Shown: positions 59,801 through 64,000 of the stretch, one piece after another
How the letters are laid out: each line of letters opens with the position of its first letter
Position numbering within the stretch: position 1 is the first letter of the stretch
Assembly (NCBI RefSeq): GCF_038025025.1
Contig: NW_027117345.1
Location: forward strand, 1,302,001-1,366,000
Source: Phyllosticta citribraziliensis
Lineage: Eukaryota
DNA length: 64,000 nt
Reading direction: 5' to 3'
Program-made: the position numbers and the translations under genes
Notes under the pieces: generated by a model
The model's database searches: none
Told to the model about the DNA's origin: nothing
The model's input: only the letters and a program-made list of their open reading frames with translations

Positions 59801-61831
59801 ACTTCGAATCCCGAGTCTCCATTTCGGTCGTGGGCGAGTTCTTTTGACGGTGATATTTACGATCCTGTATGGAATGTACCTCCCGGTGGAATCGATATAC
59901 CTCCAGGAGCACTCGATTCACCACCTTTCAGTGGAATCAGCGAAGGAGGTGGACTTGACCAATTGACTGATTCAGAGGACGAAGTATTTCTCACGCCGCC
60001 GGAGCAGCAGCCGGACATTGATTGCGACGAGAATCCCGGACCAGAAGAGCCGCAAGAAGTAACGCCGGATCCGCAGTCGGTCATTGATTGCGACGAGAAT
60101 TCCGGACAAGAAGAGCCGGAAGAAGTAACGCCGGATCCGCAGTCGATCATGAATTGGGTCATTGATTGCGAAACGCCAAAGGCATATCCACTTCCGGCCA
60201 CGTGGTGTTCAGATACCGAGCAGTGTCAGCCGCGCAAGTCGTGTCCGATTCACTGGAGGGGAGCGCCAAACCCGTGTCTGGATTTTTTCCGGGAGTGTAA
60301 TAGTAAGCGGAATTGTTGGTCGCCTATGTTGTGTGAGCTGCATAAAGCGCCAGAAGAACCGCCAGGAGAACCGCCAGGAGAACCGCCAGGAGAACCGACA
60401 GGAGAAATGTCCGGAGAGTGGTCATGGCCAGGAATGTGGGAAGGAGAATCGCCAATAGAAACGCCAGAAGAATGGTCATGGCCACCAATATGGCCAGGAG
60501 AATCGCCAGAAGTAGACCCACCAGAGTGCCCATCTGAGGTCAAAGAGTTCACGTGGGGTGCGGGTGCCAGCGATTGTTGGCCGCCCCAGTGGTGTCGGCA
60601 GGGCAATCCAACAAAATCACTCGACTACCTGTGTACCTTTGATAAACGGGGCTGTATGGCTCCGTGGGGATACTCGACGCCAACTGAAGACAAGACGGGA
60701 GTATGTATGGATTGGCCGCAGTGTAAGGAAAGGGGGTGTAAGAACCACAAGCCTAAAAACCCATTTTCAGGGCTACCAGGGCTTCGCCGGGACAGGCCAA
60801 AAAGTCCAATTAAAGTGTACTGTTGTTTATGGTACAGGCGTTCGGATATGTCACCTCGACCGTCGCCAGCACGAGTAAAACCACAGAAGTGTCCACCTCG
60901 GTCTGAGTGGTGTGAGAGTTCTAAGGACTGTCGGTCGCCGAAGACGTGTCGGGAGCATAAGCACAAAGAGCCAGCAGGAGTAAAACCACAGAAGTGTCCA
61001 CCTCGGTCTGAGTGGTGTGAAAGTTCTAAGGACTGTCGGTCGCCCAAGACGTGTCGGCAGCACAAGCATAAAGAGCCAGAAGAACCGTCAGGAGAACCGC
61101 CAAGAGAACCGCCAGAAGAACCGCCAAAAGCGTGCCCACCTGAGGTCATAGAGTCACAAGAATCGGCTGAAGCGTGCTCACCTGAGGTCAAAGGGTCAGG
61201 AAATTCGACAGACTCAGTGCTATACTGGGGTCCACCACATAATCCCCGCTACCAATGGTGTCAGGTAGATCCGCAGCCGCCAAAAAAGATTGGAAGATGC
61301 AAACACTGCACCGGACACTGCCCCGATGCTTGGCCATGGAACATTCAATGGTGCGTCACATGCAAAAAGCACTGCGGCCTAAGCGAACACCAGAAGTGCG
61401 GACGTTGCCCAAAACACTGCTGGAGGAATGGAAGGTGGGAAGGTCCACCTCGAGATCACAAACCAAGAAGACCAAGAAGACGACCAAAACCACCAAAGGA
61501 GCCGAAGCCGCCAAAACCGCCAAAAGAACCAAACCCGCCAAAGGAACCGAAACCGCCAAAGGAACCGAAACCGCCAAAGGAACCGAAACCGCCAAAGGAA
61601 CCGAAACCGCCAAAAGTGCCGAAACCGCCAAAAGTGCCAAAACCGCCAAAACCAGAACCAGAGTGCCGAAGATGCCTCACACACTGCCTGGGCGGTTTCA
61701 GAAAAGACCGCAGGTGTAAACGTTGCCCAAAACACTGCACCCTTTGGGCAAGGTTCGGTAGTCCTTGGAATATCCTGAAAGGTGCATCCAAATCTATATG
61801 GAATCTTGTTAAGAAAACACGTAAGTGCTAG
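56864..61831 (+). CDS. 1655-aa secreted multi-repeat, Cys-rich protein of unknown function
   Basis: Uninterrupted 4.97-kb ORF, signal peptide MRSLAVITATLLLSVGVLS, and several independent in-frame repeat arrays, which indicates selection to keep the frame open. Confidence 0.8.
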   Translation: MRSLAVITATLLLSVGVLSNPLRTPPSIEEGQHSIASIEDVTRYIPVNTSSLSYDSQDVPVETPSVQYGSQHGPVESSSLPLVETPGTLSVQYESHYGPVKTSSIPYDIQYVTVRAQWSIQYGSRHVSLETLSSHSNSQHFSVTNTSTPSANLSSFVTGSGGSMDARSGAHGSWTATLRKPSYTPILAGWDMSIRSTRPSRFLALPSNTSIATGWNLLTGILPSLVPTPPSNTSTPARWGLPTGMSPLLLPTPSSNGSIPVRWNMSTGMSPSLLPTPSSNGSIPVGWNMSTSISSSSILAPLSDSSIPVGWNISTGMSPSLLPTPSSNGSIPVGWNMSTSISSSSILAPLSNSSIPVRWSILTGMPPSLLPTPPSNGSIPAGWNTSTSMSPSSILAPLSNMSNPAGWNMSTGISPSLVPTPPFNTLTGWNIPASSMRPSFPATATYSSPCELSSKSTDCKLYTFMTRDQPRGRCMAPAFEKHKRCSTEEKARDKTQEKRKKCDSRLEREVFHCLTKPPLKCRQLRQVHETLSLLPMVSEALTLGIETCNAVKDKDSADTIWDRLSGAISKQDNMGVVMELSKPSKQSQTVMQQVFKPKDLKKHQPSLAGVFGKPRRPKSHGSFIPPIVFGGVGLGGIGINIGGGAGIFGEGGIFGGGGGGGGGGGGGGGGGGGVIPPLPPHSVPPSNPSNPSSIPPSNPSSIPPSGPSSIPPSGPSSIPPSGPLSTPLSVPTTPIPTPRTITSTTSSTSSSTTAQDQLWHDEQAEHSRIYTMAIQAMTDPDRDQNLQTASKKASSWTARLQEKYDKKQKKKADAKAAKDISSWRKGVVRSTSAWWDFLSSVQKTKTKVNTALKKLSRSDQRKKYYESRDYRTQVDSSVKSFGKFVDGYYSPSFSDPEVAAWEQSLYDKVINRLRQQMRDAEDINPPDKRNERLAFLWIVYDKVQESAEEAWTRWLSAKFEQTIRPKDRLMLGPYGPHGGTSNPESPFRSWASSFDGDIYDPVWNVPPGGIDIPPGALDSPPFSGISEGGGLDQLTDSEDEVFLTPPEQQPDIDCDENPGPEEPQEVTPDPQSVIDCDENSGQEEPEEVTPDPQSIMNWVIDCETPKAYPLPATWCSDTEQCQPRKSCPIHWRGAPNPCLDFFRECNSKRNCWSPMLCELHKAPEEPPGEPPGEPPGEPTGEMSGEWSWPGMWEGESPIETPEEWSWPPIWPGESPEVDPPECPSEVKEFTWGAGASDCWPPQWCRQGNPTKSLDYLCTFDKRGCMAPWGYSTPTEDKTGVCMDWPQCKERGCKNHKPKNPFSGLPGLRRDRPKSPIKVYCCLWYRRSDMSPRPSPARVKPQKCPPRSEWCESSKDCRSPKTCREHKHKEPAGVKPQKCPPRSEWCESSKDCRSPKTCRQHKHKEPEEPSGEPPREPPEEPPKACPPEVIESQESAEACSPEVKGSGNSTDSVLYWGPPHNPRYQWCQVDPQPPKKIGRCKHCTGHCPDAWPWNIQWCVTCKKHCGLSEHQKCGRCPKHCWRNGRWEGPPRDHKPRRPRRRPKPPKEPKPPKPPKEPNPPKEPKPPKEPKPPKEPKPPKEPKPPKVPKPPKVPKPPKPEPECRRCLTHCLGGFRKDRRCKRCPKHCTLWARFGSPWNILKGASKSIWNLVKKTRKC
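57425..58155 (+). repeat. 72-nt (24-aa) repeat array, about 10 copies, GWNMSTGMSPSLLPTPSSNGSIPV
   Basis: (g/a)gatggaaca starts at 57647, 57719, 57791 and 57863 and recurs on both sides; two subtypes alternate. Confidence 0.92.
61484..61655 (+). repeat. 18-nt repeat encoding PKPPKE/PKPPKV, about 9 copies
   Basis: ccgaaaccgccaaaggaa tandem array. Confidence 0.92.
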
Positions 61832-61849
61832 ACAAGAGATTGACTCTAG

Positions 61850-62420
61850 TCCATTAATAGAAATACTGTTACTAATAGGGTATATCTAGCCGACTTTATT
61901 TTTCTTAGGATAGGCTGGCTCACATAGGCTATAAGTACTAAGGCTAGTATAGATAAACCTAGTATTATATAGTTATAAGGTACTAGCTACTATAGCCTTA
62001 GGCTAAATACTAGCTATACCTTAGGCTACTACTAGCTACTATAGCCTTAGGTAGAGATAGTATAATAACCTATTAATACCTTACCTTTAGGAATAACCTA
62101 ATAATAACTATTAACCCTTATATAAAGGTTAGAAAGCTAGTATTACGCGACGCGGCGCGCGCAGCTTGCATTTTATAGTGTCCGGCGCTTAGCGTTTACT
62201 TCTTCCGTGTACGCTAGCTGTTTCTAGTTAGCTTAAGAGTAGATAGTCGTTCCGCGCAGGCCGCGCGACGACTACTCTTACTCCTCACCTATTGATCGTT
62301 AGTAGTCTGCATCGATTCGCTCTGCTAGGCGCCGTGACAGCTAGAAAGGTATAAAGGGAAGGCTAGGAAATAGATAGGAAGTAAGTATCTTTTATATTTT
62401 ATTCTTTTAACTTATTATAT
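61850..62420. repeat. RIP-like AT-rich degenerate tract (TpA-rich, CpA/TpG-poor)
   Basis: Abrupt switch to dense ta/tag/cta words and stops in all frames; internal repeat tactagctactatagccttagg occurs twice. Confidence 0.8.
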
Positions 62421-62459
62421 TTAATCAAGATACATACACATTCTCTAGCAGTTCACCTT

Positions 62460-62628
62460 CGGCCCTAACCTGCAAAACGAGAACTTTGCGAGTTGTGACA
62501 TATAACGCAATTCGATCGGCCTAGTTAATTGCGCAATTAAAGCAATACAATTGCCGCAGGTGATTACGCTGCGCAATGCAATCCAATAGATATAGATATT
62601 GCGTTGCGTTGCGTTGCGCTCACCTCTG
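62460..62628 (-). mobile_element. Probable terminus of a DNA transposon (hAT-like) with subterminal repeats
   Basis: The minus strand begins CAGAGGTGAGCGCAACGCAACGCAACGCAAT (YARNG-type end), followed by many GCAAT/ATTGC motifs, next to the RIP-like tract. The partner TIR was not found. Confidence 0.5.
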
Positions 62629-62933
62629 GTATGGGTGGCGTATTTGTTGCGTAATATACTGAATCCACTTTATTATTTCACCAAATTTTATTGAACTATG
62701 GTGTTTTACATACATCTCATTGTCCGCGTCAATCTTGAGTGACTCGTCCAGTTACTAGCCAACCGCAGTCCGTCTTGACCCGAGCACCAACAGAAAAAAT
62801 GCACCAGTCTTTGACGAGCCCAACGCCCATCTCCTTGACAGAACCCAGGGGAGTGCATCGTCTTTGCCTCAACTGACGGAGAACCAACCAATCCAGGAAA
62901 AGACGATGCATCGAAACCAAATCAAATCGAATT

Positions 62934-64000
62934 TCACTCGACGCGGAAGATGCTGCTCTCCCCGTCAAATGCCGTTACCTTCCCGCTGACCGATTTTGCG
63001 TCTCCAAAATACCTCAGACGATACTCTCCCTTGGGCGTCTGCGGGCTCGTCTCCCATGTCACCGTGACGCGGCTGGTGCCCAAGACCGTTGACGCGCGCT
63101 TCCACTCGTACACCAACTCCCAGTCGGCGTCGTCCAGGACCGGGATCCAGGTGACCGTGTCGTTAGCGAGCCGCTCGACTGCCGCGAACGTCCCCTCCAG
63201 CCGCAGGTTGTTGCGGGGGTTGGCGCCGACGAAGACGGCCGAGACGGCGGCACCACCGGCGCGGTAGGCTGAATTGGTGTTGACGTCTGCGACCACGTCG
63301 CCAAACGAGCGCCCGAAGCCCGGGTTGTCGTAGACGACGCCCGTGATGAAGCTCATGCTCGCGTTGCGGTTGTCTGGAGGAGACGGACCAGGGGGCGGCG
63401 CCGACGAGGATTCTGGGGCGAGGTAGGGCAGGTATGTCAGGGTGAGGTTGATGTAGGCAGGAAGGGTATGAGGCCCGTAGAGCGTAGATGCGCCCTCGTA
63501 GCGCTGGACGGTGTACTCTTCAGGAGTGGCAATGTAGTGTGTGTACGAGTTTGCAGGAGCGCCGAGGACCACCAAAGGCGAAGGACTGCCTTCAGACGAG
63601 AGCAGATCAGTGGAGACAACCTCCTTGGTAAGAGCTTCCCGCCATCGTCGGCCGGACATGGTGGTTGCCTCACCGGGAGAAACAATGATGAAGAACTGAC
63701 CAACACGCAGAAGCTGAATGTCAACAATATTTGGAGTCCAGGGGTAGGGCTTCTTGGATGCACCGACGTCGAGGAGGACGGGCTTGGGCATCTGGCAAGC
63801 CCGTTGCTCATCACTTGGCTTGTGGAGGAAGCCGCCAATCGTGTTCCAGAACGGATTGTTGGAGGAATCATTTTGCGTAAAGTCAAATGCACCGGGACCA
63901 TCCGTGGTGCCAGCAGCAAAAGAATTACCCAAGGCCGCAGAACAAGTCTTGACGTAGCTACCATTAGCAAGAGGAAACGAGTACCCGTCGAGGTCGACGA
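62934..64000 (-). CDS. Neutral/alkaline non-lysosomal ceramidase, C-terminal part (5' end outside the window)
   Basis: TCSAALGNSFAAGTTDGPGAFDFTQ, PKPVLLDVG..PYPWTP, PGEATTMSGRRW, NSYTHYIATPEEYTVQRYEGASTLYGP, FVGANPRNNLR, GEYRLRYFGD. Confidence 0.93.
   Translation of the reverse strand, partial: VDLDGYSFPLANGSYVKTCSAALGNSFAAGTTDGPGAFDFTQNDSSNNPFWNTIGGFLHKPSDEQRACQMPKPVLLDVGASKKPYPWTPNIVDIQLLRVGQFFIIVSPGEATTMSGRRWREALTKEVVSTDLLSSEGSPSPLVVLGAPANSYTHYIATPEEYTVQRYEGASTLYGPHTLPAYINLTLTYLPYLAPESSSAPPPGPSPPDNRNASMSFITGVVYDNPGFGRSFGDVVADVNTNSAYRAGGAAVSAVFVGANPRNNLRLEGTFAAVERLANDTVTWIPVLDDADWELVYEWKRASTVLGTSRVTVTWETSPQTPKGEYRLRYFGDAKSVSGKVTAFDGESSIFRVE

Noticed and set aside
61255..61791. GGFGSF, WRFRFL and RQRNRN repeat ORFs
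   Set aside because: Other frames of the 18-nt PKPPKE repeat; only the frame continuous with the signal-peptide ORF is supported.
1..64000. tRNA/rRNA genes or a secondary-metabolite backbone gene
   Set aside because: None recognised by eye; no PKS/NRPS/terpene cyclase/DUF3328 motifs. tRNAscan-SE and Infernal would be needed to exclude small RNAs.

Overview
Eukaryotic DNA from a filamentous ascomycete (short GT-AG introns with CTRAC branch sites, a RIP-like AT-rich patch; probably Pezizomycotina/Dothideomycete-like, which is inference). I can support about 19 protein-coding genes. From left to right: an HSPA12-like Hsp70 (cut by the window start), a WDR8/WRAP73 WD40 protein, a secreted His-rich protein with two apple/PAN-like Cys domains, a metallo-beta-lactamase-fold hydrolase, a hydrophilin-like repeat protein (with a GC-AG intron), two small conserved-looking hypothetical genes, proteasome alpha-1 (SCL1) head-to-head with a WKF-domain gene, a Dal5-type MFS transporter, a putative mitochondrial hypothetical protein, an intron-rich LaeA/TAM-like methyltransferase with a degenerate SAM motif, C1-THF synthase with two in-frame starts, OPY2 with uORFs, a 1153-aa disordered orphan, PTC6-type PP2C, importin beta, and a neutral ceramidase (cut by the window end). 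The most unusual part is an accessory island at about 50-62.6 kb between importin beta and the ceramidase. It holds a secreted DUF4360-like protein with a tandem charged repeat tail and a 1655-aa secreted modular protein (glycosylated 24-aa repeats, poly-Gly, two kinds of Cys modules including five CxxCxxHC motifs, a PKPPKE rod and a cationic amphipathic C-terminus). That gene abuts a RIP-like tract and a probable hAT transposon end. All family calls come from recognising motifs by eye; no database search was run. Exon boundaries were deduced by hand.
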